The position numbers and the translations under genes were made by a program. From Candidatus Zymogenus saltonus (GTDB lineage: Bacteria; Desulfobacterota; Zymogenia; Zymogenales; Zymogenaceae), in contig JAFGIX010000025.1 of NCBI GenBank assembly GCA_016929395.1, positions 27,720 to 91,719 of the forward strand: a stretch of DNA of 64,000 bases, given 5' to 3'. Under the pieces are notes generated by a model, which had not been told where the DNA came from, searched no databases, and saw only the letters and a program-made list of their open reading frames with translations. Below, piece after piece: positions 8,973 to 18,432 of this stretch. How positions within the stretch are numbered: the stretch's first letter is position 1; each line of letters starts with the position of its first letter.

Positions 8973-11300
8973 ATGAACATTATCTTTATCTCATCTATCT
9001 TCCCGCCTGAATCCGGCGGGCCCGCGACCTACGTCAGGAGGCTGTCCCAGGACTTCCACAACAAGGGCCATCACGTAAAGCTCATCGCACTTTCTGAAAT
9101 AGAGATCGATGTAGATGACCCCCCTTATATAATCAGGATACCAAAAAAAGGCACGATATTTAGGAGGTCATTTAGACTTTTCAGGGCGGTTCTGAAACAC
9201 GGCAAGGATGTGGATATCATTTACGATAATGGAGGTCCCTGGGACACAGGCATACCGATTAGGTGGGCGAATATTTTTTTGAAAAAGAAATTGGTGACCA
9301 AGGTCGTTGGAGACAACGTCTGGGAATATGTGCGAAGAAACAGGTTGACAGATGACGGCATCAATGAATTTCAGGGTAAATTTTACGGTCCAAAGATAGC
9401 TCTCCTGAAGTACTTAAGAAATAAGACAACAATGGGCGCAGATTTAGTTATTACCCCGGGCCACTATCTGGCGGAGCTGGTGGCGGGCTGGGGTGTCAAG
9501 AGGGAAAATATCTCCGTTATTCACAATGCGGTTGATTTTAGCGAAAGGAACCAGGAGATACCAGAGATCATAAAGGGATGGGAGGGATCAAAGAAGATTA
9601 TAACCACCGCGGCAAGGCTGGTGCCCTGGAAGGGTATAGACGGCATAATAAGGGTAATTGCGGAGCTTGATAATGACGTCAATCTTTTGGTGATAGGAGA
9701 CGGCCCGGAGCTTTCAAACCTCAGAAAATTGACGGAAACCTTAGGGATAGACAAGAGGGTTCGCTTTACGGGACGTGTTACTCAAAAGGAAGTTCTCTCC
9801 CTCCTCTCACATTCCGACGTATTTGTCCTGAACACCGAATATGAGGGACTTCCCCATATTATCCTTGAGGCGTTCTCCGTCGGTGTTCCGGTGATTGCCA
9901 CCGATATTTGTGGAAATCCCGAGGTTGTTGAGAATGGTAAAAACGGCCTGTTGGTTCCTGTAAAGGATAATAAAGCGCTGAAGAATGCGATAATGAGGCT
10001 GATCAACGACACCGGATATTCAGCGAGGCTGGTTTCAAATTCAAGAGAGAGGCTTAATTACTTTGGATGGAACAGGCTTTTTGCACAAACGGAGAGAGTT
10101 TTTGACAGGCTTCTCAAGGGAATAAAGATCTTGTTCATAGCTTCTATCTACTATCCCGAATCGGGAGGTCCGGCCACTTACGTGAGGAACCTCGCCCACT
10201 ACCTTTACGGAGAGGGGCACAAGGTGAAGGTAATAGCCTTATCGGAGGTAAATAAGTTACCCGACGATCCTTTCTACCTTTCGAGAATTCCAAAAAGGGG
10301 GAGTATCTTTACAAGGTCTTTGAGCCTGTTTCTTTCTATTGTCAAGTATGGGCGGGATTACGACCTCCTCTACGATACGGGAGGAGGCCCCTGGGATACG
10401 GGCCTTCCGGTTCAAATGGCCAATTTTTTCTTGAGGAAAAGGCTCGCCATCAGGGTAGCTGGAGATATAGTCTGGGAATACGCCAGGAGAAACAGAATAA
10501 CAGTGGACGGACTCGACGAGTTTCAGCTGAAGTCTTACGGTCCCATAATCATGGTGATGAGACTCATAAGAAATTACTTTGCCAGGAGCGCCGACCTTGT
10601 AATATCGGGGAGTAACTACGTTGCGGGACTGACGAAGATATGGGGTGTAGACAAGAAAAAGATATCCGTGACACATAACGCCATCGAGCTGATAAATCCG
10701 AGAAAAATACCCACGCCGGAATTTGAAAAACCGAAGGGGGCGAGAAAGATCGTTGCCACAATAGCCCGCCTCGTTCCATGGAAGGGAATAGACGCCCTTA
10801 TCGAGGTTACGGCACAATTTCCGAAGGATATACACCTTTTGATAATTGGGGACGGACCCGAGAGAGAGAGACTTACGGATTTGGCAAAATCATTGAAGGT
10901 AATAAATCGGATTCACTTCATAGGAAGGGTGCCGAACGAGCAGATAATATCGTTTTTATCCTTCGCCGATGTCTTCGTCCTGAACACGGAATACGAGAGC
11001 CTCGCTCATGTAATTATCGAGGCGTACAACGCCGGTATCCCCGTAGTGGCAACAAATATCACGGGTAATCCGGAGATTATAGAAGACGGTAAGACAGGGA
11101 TCTTGGTTCCGTTGAAGGATAAAGACGCGCTGAAGGCGGCGATAGAGAGGATAATAACGAACAAAAAATTCGCCTCGAAAATTGTATCGGCGTCAAGGGA
11201 AAAACTCCCCTATTTCGGGCTCGAAAGGCAGTTAAAGGAGTCCGAGGAGCTTTTCAAGGATCTAATCTGGGGAAAAGAAGAAGGGAAAGCCGTGCGTTGA
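8973..11300 (+). CDS. Fused tandem GT4 (family 1) glycosyltransferase, two complete GT-B units in one 775-aa polypeptide
   Basis: Both halves start with I(F/L)FI(S/A)SI(F/Y)(P/Y)PESGGPATYVR. Each half carries the GT4 E-x7-E region (EGLPHIILEAFSVGVPVIATDICGNPEVVENGKNGLLV and ESLAHVIIEAYNAGIPVVATNITGNPEIIEDGKTGILV). Confidence 0.8.
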   Translation: MNIIFISSIFPPESGGPATYVRRLSQDFHNKGHHVKLIALSEIEIDVDDPPYIIRIPKKGTIFRRSFRLFRAVLKHGKDVDIIYDNGGPWDTGIPIRWANIFLKKKLVTKVVGDNVWEYVRRNRLTDDGINEFQGKFYGPKIALLKYLRNKTTMGADLVITPGHYLAELVAGWGVKRENISVIHNAVDFSERNQEIPEIIKGWEGSKKIITTAARLVPWKGIDGIIRVIAELDNDVNLLVIGDGPELSNLRKLTETLGIDKRVRFTGRVTQKEVLSLLSHSDVFVLNTEYEGLPHIILEAFSVGVPVIATDICGNPEVVENGKNGLLVPVKDNKALKNAIMRLINDTGYSARLVSNSRERLNYFGWNRLFAQTERVFDRLLKGIKILFIASIYYPESGGPATYVRNLAHYLYGEGHKVKVIALSEVNKLPDDPFYLSRIPKRGSIFTRSLSLFLSIVKYGRDYDLLYDTGGGPWDTGLPVQMANFFLRKRLAIRVAGDIVWEYARRNRITVDGLDEFQLKSYGPIIMVMRLIRNYFARSADLVISGSNYVAGLTKIWGVDKKKISVTHNAIELINPRKIPTPEFEKPKGARKIVATIARLVPWKGIDALIEVTAQFPKDIHLLIIGDGPERERLTDLAKSLKVINRIHFIGRVPNEQIISFLSFADVFVLNTEYESLAHVIIEAYNAGIPVVATNITGNPEIIEDGKTGILVPLKDKDALKAAIERIITNKKFASKIVSASREKLPYFGLERQLKESEELFKDLIWGKEEGKAVR

Positions 11301-11331
11301 CGGCAGATCTATAAAATAAAAAGCCCTGCCG

Positions 11332-12309
11332 CTACCAAGGATTTTTAAACCACTCGATGAATCTCTCGACGCCTTCCTTCATGGACGTGTTTGGATTATA
11401 GCCTAAAAGACTCCTTGCCTTTTCTATATCCGCAAAAGTGCGTTTTACATCTCCCGGCTGGCGGGGCAGCATGACCTTTTCGGTCTCCTTTCCCAGTCCC
11501 GATTCGATCAATTCTATAAGCTCTAAAAGATTAACGGACACCGACTCCCCCAAATTTATTATCTCATAGAAGGGCGTGGTCTCGGATGATATGAAACCAA
11601 ACGCGCCAATCAGCCCGTCTATTATATCATCGATATATGTGTAATCCCTGCTCCCCTTCCCCTGATCGTACACCTCTATTTTAGATCCGTTGTTTATCAG
11701 GTTTGTGAACTTGTGGATCGCCATGTCCGGACGCTGTCTCGGCCCGTATACGGTGAAAAAACGAAAGCAAAGAATCTTCAGGTTGTACAGCTTGTGATAG
11801 GTGTAGCAAAGCTCCTCACAGCATTTCTTGGTAACGCCGTAGGGGGATATCGGCTTGGCCATGAGGTCGTCCTCCGAAAAGGGGATGTTGGGACAGTCGC
11901 CGTAGACGGAGGATGAGGAGGCAAAGAGGAGGTCCTTAATATCGAGCTCCTTCATGGCCTCGAGGATATTGTTTGTGCCGAGGACGTTCACCTCCTGATA
12001 GAGGAGAGGATTCTTTATGGAGGGTCTTACGCCTGCCTTTGCGGCGAGGTGTACAACAAGATCGGGGGAGATCGACCTGAAGGAGTCGATTATAAAATCG
12101 TAGTTCCTGATATCCCCCTCAATGAGCTTAAACCCATCCTTTTTCAGGAGGGATTCAATATTTCTCCTTTTGAATTTCTCGGGATAGTAGTCGTCGAAGT
12201 TATCGATTACGAAAACCTCATTCCCAAGGGAAACGAGCCTATCCGAAAGGTGCGATCCGATAAAGCCCGCACCGCCTGTAACCACTACTTTTTTGATATC
12301 TTTTGACAT
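11332..12309 (-). CDS. NAD-dependent epimerase/dehydratase, extended SDR (UDP-sugar 4-epimerase/UDP-glucuronate epimerase-like)
   Basis: VVVTGGAGFIGSHL Rossmann motif, YxxxK context (YGVTK) and a length of 325 aa. Confidence 0.85.
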   Translation of the reverse strand: MSKDIKKVVVTGGAGFIGSHLSDRLVSLGNEVFVIDNFDDYYPEKFKRRNIESLLKKDGFKLIEGDIRNYDFIIDSFRSISPDLVVHLAAKAGVRPSIKNPLLYQEVNVLGTNNILEAMKELDIKDLLFASSSSVYGDCPNIPFSEDDLMAKPISPYGVTKKCCEELCYTYHKLYNLKILCFRFFTVYGPRQRPDMAIHKFTNLINNGSKIEVYDQGKGSRDYTYIDDIIDGLIGAFGFISSETTPFYEIINLGESVSVNLLELIELIESGLGKETEKVMLPRQPGDVKRTFADIEKARSLLGYNPNTSMKEGVERFIEWFKNPW

Positions 12310-12368
12310 ATTTATCTTTGAATACAGAATTTAAATAAAGATGTGAATTCTAATTGAAAAAGACGCTG

Positions 12369-13013
12369 TTACCTCTTCCTTTTCAGCGTGTATATTTTGC
12401 TCTTTTCCACCCCGAGCTCGCTTAGAGATGAGATCCTTTCCTTAACCTCTTCAGTATGTAGGATGAGAATTGCATCAAATGAAAAATCCCTGATCTCAGA
12501 CAGTGGTGAGATCTTCATCTCAAGGCAGAGGCCGCCTGCCCTGTCGTCCACGATTCCGACAATCTCAATTTCGTTTACCCTTGAAAATAAGACCGCAAGC
12601 TCCGCTATCTCGCCTGTGCCGTAAAGGAGTATATTATCGATGCCGTCGACCCTTATCTCACTCAGCACCTCTTGAAGGGAATCCTTGAGCTCCCTGTAGA
12701 ACCTGAGGGAATACCTGAGGTACTCATAGGTGAGACGGGTCTTTTCAGCTATCCCCTTCGGAGTGAGCATATACTTGACGCGGTGGGAGGGGATGGTCGT
12801 GGCCTTGAAATACCCTTTCTCCACAAGCCTCTTTATAAAGCGGTTGACAAGCCCCACGGAGATGTCGATCTTCTGGGAGAGGGTCCTCTGGCTGATGGTA
12901 TTATCCCTCTCTATCTCCTCCATTATACGGAGCGTTCTTATCTCCTCTCTGTCCACATCGATCTCCAAAACGTTCAACGAGTAAACAATATCAAATACTA
13001 TAGGTTTTGTCAA
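12369..13013 (-). CDS. Winged-helix plus Rossmann-like regulator (Rex-like architecture)
   Basis: wHTH segment ISQRTLSQKIDISVGLVNRFIKRLVEKGYF, then ILLYGTGEIAELAVLF...IEIVGIVDD, resembling the Rex NAD(H)-sensing fold. Embedded in the glycosyltransferase cluster. Confidence 0.45.
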   Translation of the reverse strand: MTKPIVFDIVYSLNVLEIDVDREEIRTLRIMEEIERDNTISQRTLSQKIDISVGLVNRFIKRLVEKGYFKATTIPSHRVKYMLTPKGIAEKTRLTYEYLRYSLRFYRELKDSLQEVLSEIRVDGIDNILLYGTGEIAELAVLFSRVNEIEIVGIVDDRAGGLCLEMKISPLSEIRDFSFDAILILHTEEVKERISSLSELGVEKSKIYTLKRKR

Positions 13014-13156
13014 AAAAAATTGTATAAAAAAGATTTAAATAAAGCGGGCCGAAAAGCGGTAATTTTGAAATATTAAGAATATCAGGTTGCAGTTAAAGTC
13101 GATATTGAGTATACTTTGAAAAATAATCTTCAGGAAAATATTTAGGGGAATATGCC

Positions 13157-14290
13157 TTGGCACACAGAATCCTGCACATTCAAAAGATAACGGGAATCAG
13201 CGGCTCCGAAAACCACCTTGTAGACCTCATGTCCAACCTTGACAGAAATAGGTTTGAGCCGACTTTTCTGGGGCTGGTAGAACCGAACAACCGCGTGGAT
13301 GACTATTTTGACATACTTGAATCGAGGTCTGTTCAAGGAGAGAGGATAGTGATCAGATCGCACCTTGATTTATCATGCCTTATGGAGATTGTGCGGTTCA
13401 TCAAGGGCGGGAGTTTCGACATAGTCCACACCCACCTGATCCACGGCGATATCTACGGCATCATGGCGGCGGTGATGGCCCGCGCCCCACACATCATCTC
13501 CTCGAAGCACGGTTACGACAACTACGACAAAACGAGCCACTTTTATAAAATAAACGGCCTGTTCAGCTTTTTCGTTAAGAGGGTGATAACGATCTCGGAC
13601 GCCCTGCAGGACAAGGTCAACAAGAGCGACATGATACCGAAAAAAAAGATGGTGACGGTCCATTACGGTCTCGACTGGGAGGGGTATCTGAAAAGGTCGA
13701 AGGCAACAGGCGAAAGGGTGAGGAAGGAGCTGAACGTGGGGGAGGGGATCTTCACGTTCGCCTCGGTAGGGAGGCTGGTGGACGTCAAGGGTTACCCGTA
13801 TCTGATCGAGGCGGCGGCAAGGATGAAGCGGGAGGGATATAAAGATTTTACGGTATTTATTATGGGGGACGGGCCCTTGAGGGAAGAGCTTACCAAAAAG
13901 GCCCACGACATGGGTGTAGGGGATGTGGTAAGGTTTCTGGGGAGGCGCGAGGACGTGTCGTCGATCCTTTCAATATCTGACGCCTTCGTCCTGCCGACGC
14001 TGGGGGAGGGATTCGGCCTGGTCCTTCTCGAGGCGATGGCCCATAGGCTCCCCGTCATATCAACATCCACGATGTCCATACCCGAGATCGTGGTCGAGGA
14101 GGAGACGGGCTTACTCGTCCAGCCTAAGGACCCGGAGGGGCTTGCCAAAGCGATGGGGCGCCTCATGAAAGAGCGGGCCGAGTCCAAAAGAATGGGCGAG
14201 GCTGGATTTGAGCGGCTTAAGGAGAAGTTCACGATCCCGGAGATGGTCAGAAAGACCGAACAGATTTACGAAGAAGTCCTCGGGATTTAG
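13157..14290 (+). CDS. GT4 (family 1) glycosyltransferase
   Basis: EGFGLVLLEAMAHRLPVISTSTMSIPEIVVEEETGLLV E-x7-E motif and a GT-B layout. Confidence 0.85.
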   Translation: MAHRILHIQKITGISGSENHLVDLMSNLDRNRFEPTFLGLVEPNNRVDDYFDILESRSVQGERIVIRSHLDLSCLMEIVRFIKGGSFDIVHTHLIHGDIYGIMAAVMARAPHIISSKHGYDNYDKTSHFYKINGLFSFFVKRVITISDALQDKVNKSDMIPKKKMVTVHYGLDWEGYLKRSKATGERVRKELNVGEGIFTFASVGRLVDVKGYPYLIEAAARMKREGYKDFTVFIMGDGPLREELTKKAHDMGVGDVVRFLGRREDVSSILSISDAFVLPTLGEGFGLVLLEAMAHRLPVISTSTMSIPEIVVEEETGLLVQPKDPEGLAKAMGRLMKERAESKRMGEAGFERLKEKFTIPEMVRKTEQIYEEVLGI

Positions 14291-15822
14291 TCCTTCGTCC
14301 TCCTGAACTTCCTGTTCATGGCGAGGATGAAGAGGGAGAGTATGGTGGCACTAATAATAGTCTGAACTCCCCTTATAAATGGGGCCAGAGGGCTTTTTAA
14401 CAAATCGTAAATAGGTTTGACCTTACCGAGTGTTAGCAAGTCAAGGCTTATCATAATTCCGTTGTAGGTGTTGAATAAGAATCCCACATCGTCTTTACCG
14501 TTGTAGTTAATGCCAATTATGAGAGAATAAATAAGGCCGAAAAGGAGCCAAAATCCAATCAACCACAGTAGCGCCCTTACCGGCCTCTCGCCGTAGAGGG
14601 AGATCCACTTGTAGAGGGTTAGCGCCTTTCTGATTATCCACTTTTCCCGCGTTCCCTTCCTTCGCATCTCCATGGCGCCGACAAAGAAGTCCCCCGCCTC
14701 GTGGTATCTGCCGCTCCTCTCGTAATTGAGCCGAAGCTGATTGTAGAGTTGTTGGACATGATAATGATTTCCTGCATCCTTTACTTTTCCCCTAAGAAAC
14801 TCCTCATCGTAAATCTCAATACGTTTAAAGATGTTCTTAAGAGATGTTACAAATTTTTCCAATATATTTTTTACATCCCAACTATTAGAGGGTGAACTTT
14901 GATTGAAATCATCATTTACTGCTACTTCTTCAAATAAATCTTTTTCAGTATAAGTTTGATTAACCCAGAAAACCTCCTTAAATTTAATATAACTAATATC
15001 CGTTCCTAAAAAACGGCAACGATTTAGGTCAACACCATCGAAGGTTACTTTGTCCGGTCTCTCGAATGAGACACCAAAAAACTTTGCTTTGTTTTCGTTG
15101 TAGAAAGTTTTTCCCTCAAATTTAACCTCACCTTTGCCTGAGAATTCAGCATAATTAAAAATTGTCCAATCATTGTCTGAGTCTTCGATATCCTCCAAAG
15201 CGTCTCCCCTTCCTTGACGGTATGGTAGACCCCCGGCCCCGTCGCACAGGCTCCCAGTGTTATAAGGAGTAACATCAGGACAACAGTGGAAACGGCCTTT
15301 ATTGAATTTTGCACCACTAAAGATTGTACCACCTTCGCCAGAGAATTTTGCATATCTGAAGCTTGTTCCCTCATCGCCAAAGAATTCTGTCCCAACAAAG
15401 TTTATCATTCCCTTGCCGGAGAATATTGCTTCACCGAAGTCTGTACCCATATTACCTAAAAATTTTGCCCTACTGAAGTCAGTCCCGCAATTACCGTAAA
15501 ATTTAGCATCAGATAAATCTACATCGCATAGAAAGCGAGCATGTGAGAAATTTGCATTCTCGAATTCAAGGCCATTAGTTGATTTAGAGTCATTACGCAA
15601 CCTTTTAAAATCAAAACTTTTTGGAAAAACAAAGCCCCTGAAATCATGTTTACCAGATTCGTACAATTTCTTGAATTCTTCATAAAATTTCTCAACGTTC
15701 TTATCTTCCCTCCAACTGTGGAAAATACATTTCTTTTTACCATCCCTATCTGCTTCTTCTATCGCAATGTGATTACAAAATTCTACAAGCCAAGGATAAT
15801 ATTTATATTCACACTTCGCCAT
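14287..15822 (-). CDS. Pentapeptide-repeat protein with a C-terminal two-TM channel-like membrane domain
   Basis: Long run of pentapeptide repeats (ENANFSHARFLCDVDLSDAKFYGNCGTDFSRAKFLGNMGTDFGEAIFSG...), then a C-terminal hydrophobic pair (ALLWLIGFWLLFGLIYSLIIG and TIISATILSLFILAM) with an intervening re-entrant-like segment. Confidence 0.7.
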   Translation of the reverse strand: MAKCEYKYYPWLVEFCNHIAIEEADRDGKKKCIFHSWREDKNVEKFYEEFKKLYESGKHDFRGFVFPKSFDFKRLRNDSKSTNGLEFENANFSHARFLCDVDLSDAKFYGNCGTDFSRAKFLGNMGTDFGEAIFSGKGMINFVGTEFFGDEGTSFRYAKFSGEGGTIFSGAKFNKGRFHCCPDVTPYNTGSLCDGAGGLPYRQGRGDALEDIEDSDNDWTIFNYAEFSGKGEVKFEGKTFYNENKAKFFGVSFERPDKVTFDGVDLNRCRFLGTDISYIKFKEVFWVNQTYTEKDLFEEVAVNDDFNQSSPSNSWDVKNILEKFVTSLKNIFKRIEIYDEEFLRGKVKDAGNHYHVQQLYNQLRLNYERSGRYHEAGDFFVGAMEMRRKGTREKWIIRKALTLYKWISLYGERPVRALLWLIGFWLLFGLIYSLIIGINYNGKDDVGFLFNTYNGIMISLDLLTLGKVKPIYDLLKSPLAPFIRGVQTIISATILSLFILAMNRKFRRTKD

Positions 15823-15917
15823 TTTAAGGCCTCATTTCTGTAAATATATGATGCAAAAAGATATATTGGAGGGGGAACAGAATCTTCCTCCTTACGGACA
15901 AACAAAAAGTCAACTAA

Positions 15918-17156
15918 CTACCTCCCCAACCCCTTCGCTATCGCCCGGAATACCTCGATCGTCTCGAGCTCCCTGTCGAAGCCGTCCACGTCGTAGTGGG
16001 CGTAAGCCGAGGTCTTTGCGATAACGACGTTATACTCCGGGTGGACGTACAAAAACTGGTTGTAGACACCTATCCCAAGGAAATCCCCCTCGGGGTTTTG
16101 AGGAATCCACCACTGGTAGCCGTAGCCGAGGACCCAGTCGGAAGCGGGATTGTCCCCCGGCATGAGGTGGGGGGCGTCCGGCGTGATAGAAGCCTTGACC
16201 TAATCCCTTGGCACGACCTGCTCGCAGTTCCAGCCGCCGCCGTTAAGATAGAGGCGGCCGAAGCGGGCGTAGTCGCGCAGGACGACGTTCAGCCCGCCGA
16301 AGGCGAGCTCCATCCCCTTGCCGTCGGTGAGGAAGTAGGCATCGGACTCCATCCCGATCTTTTTCCAGATCTTCTCTTCGAGATAAGACGACAGGTTTTG
16401 CCCCGTGGCCTCCCTCAAGACCATACCTAAAACCTGGGTGTCCATGCTGACGTAGTGGTTGTACGTTCCCGGCTCCCGCTCATTGATGAGGGACGCCACG
16501 AACTTGTCCAGCGACAGGTTCAGCGCGATTACCCTCCCCATCCTGTTGATGTCCGAGAAGAAGTCGAAGTAGTCCTCGTTGAAGCGGATGCCGGACGACA
16601 TCTGGAGGACGTCCTTTATCGAGACGCCGTCATAGCCGGTGCCTTTAAGCATCGGGACATAGTCGGAGACGGGATCGGCGATGTCCTTGATGTACCCCTC
16701 GTCGACGGCAATCCCCACCAGGGCCGAGACGAACGACTTCGCCACCGACCAGGAGATCGCCTTCGACTCCTCACTGTTTCCGAGGTAGTACTCCTCGAAG
16801 ACGATTTTGTCGTCCAAGATGACTACAAGTCCAGTGGTCCAGGTGTCTTCAAGAAACTTATTGATATTTTTGGTCTCCCCGTTGTAGACGTACGTCTCGG
16901 GAAGCTTCATCTCGGCCCTTCCGAACTCGTACGTGGTGTCGCCCCTGTGGACAACCCTGTAGTCGATGAAGCCTCCCATACTTCTGAAGTTCTCCACGAT
17001 GACGTCCTCGTCGAAGAGGGTGATGACCTTATAGAGCCTTATCAGCTCCTTGTGATAGATTGCCCCGAGGGCGACGAGGACAACAAGGAGGATGACAACG
17101 GCCTTGAAAAGCTTTGACAGGAATACGCCTTTTTTTCCTGTTTTCTTTTTGCTCAT
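15918..17156 (-). pseudogene. Beta-lactamase-family serine hydrolase interrupted by an in-frame TAG (codon at 16200-16202)
   Basis: The N-terminal ORF (16200..17156) and the C-terminal ORF (15918..16163) are in the same frame. The sequence reads ...WNCEQVVPRD-TAG-VKASITPDAPHLMPGDNPASDWVLGYGYQWW. Family homologs have Trp at the stop position (DWV). Confidence 0.6.
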
Positions 17157-17193
17157 GATTTTCTCCTTTAAAAAATAATTTCTATTATGGATA

Positions 17194-17985
17194 TTATCTC
17201 TGAAGCACAGGAACGTCCGGCATCTTTCGCTTGAACTCAGATTTTTCTATCAGGTTTTTGATAGCAGAAATCTTTGCCTTCGGTATTCCGAGAGCCTCAA
17301 TCTCGTTTTCCGCGCTCTTCAGCTCGATCAGGTGGTAAAGGATTCTGTCGGCTGTGAGATAGTCAATACCCAACTCACCCTCATCCGTCTGCCCCTCCCA
17401 GAGGTCGGCCGTTGGCGCCTTTTCGACAATTACCTTGGGAACGCCCATGAGATTTGCCATCATCCACACCTCGGTCTTGTAAATCGCCCCGAGGGGGTTG
17501 AAGGCCGATGCCGAATCTCCGTGGATCGTGCTGTATCCGAGCATTGTCTCGGTCTTGTTCGACGTCCCGAGGACGAGGGAGCCCCCCCTCTGGGCCTGAT
17601 CGTATAGGATGGACATCCTCTCCCTCGCCATCTTGTTTCCTCTCCTTACGTGATCGGCGTCCGGGAAACGGACGAAGTAGGCGTCCACCATCGGCGTTAT
17701 ATCGATGATCATAGTCTCTATGCCGAGCTTATCCGCCGAAAGCCCGGCGTGTTCGAGGCTCGCAGGGGAAGATGATTTATAGGGCATTAGTATCCCGGTC
17801 ACGTTCTCAGGCCCCAGGGCCTCCGCCGCCAGAAAGGCCCCGAGGGTGGAATCGACGCCTCCGCTCATCCCCAGGACAACCTTTTTAAATCCTTTTTCCG
17901 ACATCATATTTCGTATGAAATCAACAAGGGTCGTACGAAATTCCACGACCAAATCCAAAGAAAACTCTTTCGGGTAATCTCTCAA
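17194..17985 (-). CDS. nadE: NH3-dependent NAD+ synthetase
   Basis: PP-loop VVLGMSGGVDSTL and a length of 263 aa. Confidence 0.85.
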   Translation of the reverse strand: MRDYPKEFSLDLVVEFRTTLVDFIRNMMSEKGFKKVVLGMSGGVDSTLGAFLAAEALGPENVTGILMPYKSSSPASLEHAGLSADKLGIETMIIDITPMVDAYFVRFPDADHVRRGNKMARERMSILYDQAQRGGSLVLGTSNKTETMLGYSTIHGDSASAFNPLGAIYKTEVWMMANLMGVPKVIVEKAPTADLWEGQTDEGELGIDYLTADRILYHLIELKSAENEIEALGIPKAKISAIKNLIEKSEFKRKMPDVPVLQR

Positions 17986-18432
17986 ATTGTTCCTCTCTAA
18001 AAAAATGGCAAATAGTTATATAGGAAGCCTTTATAAAGATATATTAAAATAAAAAGATCGTCAAGTTTCTTTGGAAAGATGAGAGATTATAAAAAGATGC
18101 GCTGAACCACAGTTGAAATGAGATTAAAAAGGGAGGAGAAATACGTATTGTATTGACGTAAAAAGTTTTTGTGGATAAAATATAATTGAAAGGAAAGCTC
18201 ACAAAGTTACAATTTTGTTAAAAAGGCGATATATCGGAGTGTTGGATGGTGATATTTGAGGTGAATTTGTTGATCGGAAGGAGGTTGACAAACCACTAAC
18301 ATTAATACAAATTGTGATAATGATTACATAAAACATTAGAGCAGTATTGTAAATTAAGTTAAATTATGCTATAATTTTAAAGAATTATAAAATATTAAAA
18401 ATTTACATAAAGGATGTTGCAAAGCACAGTCC

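Noticed and set aside
14287-15822. Potassium channel call for the pentapeptide-repeat membrane protein
   Set aside because: No T(V/I)GYG selectivity filter is present. Only a generic 2TM re-entrant-like arrangement is visible, so it is described as channel-like only.
15918-16163. Separate small gene encoding only the C-terminal beta-lactamase segment
   Set aside because: It is in the same frame as, and contiguous with, the upstream 318-aa ORF across a single TAG. It is better explained as one interrupted gene.
16200-16202. Possible genetic-code reassignment of UAG, because two genes have in-frame TAG exactly where Trp is expected
   Set aside because: TAG clearly functions as a terminator for well-supported genes in the same window (the DUF255-like gene at 2900-2902 and the second B12-radical SAM at 8909-8911). 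The sequence after those stops is not protein-like. Independent nonsense mutations or sequencing errors, or site-specific suppression, are more parsimonious. Both are kept as findings for validation.
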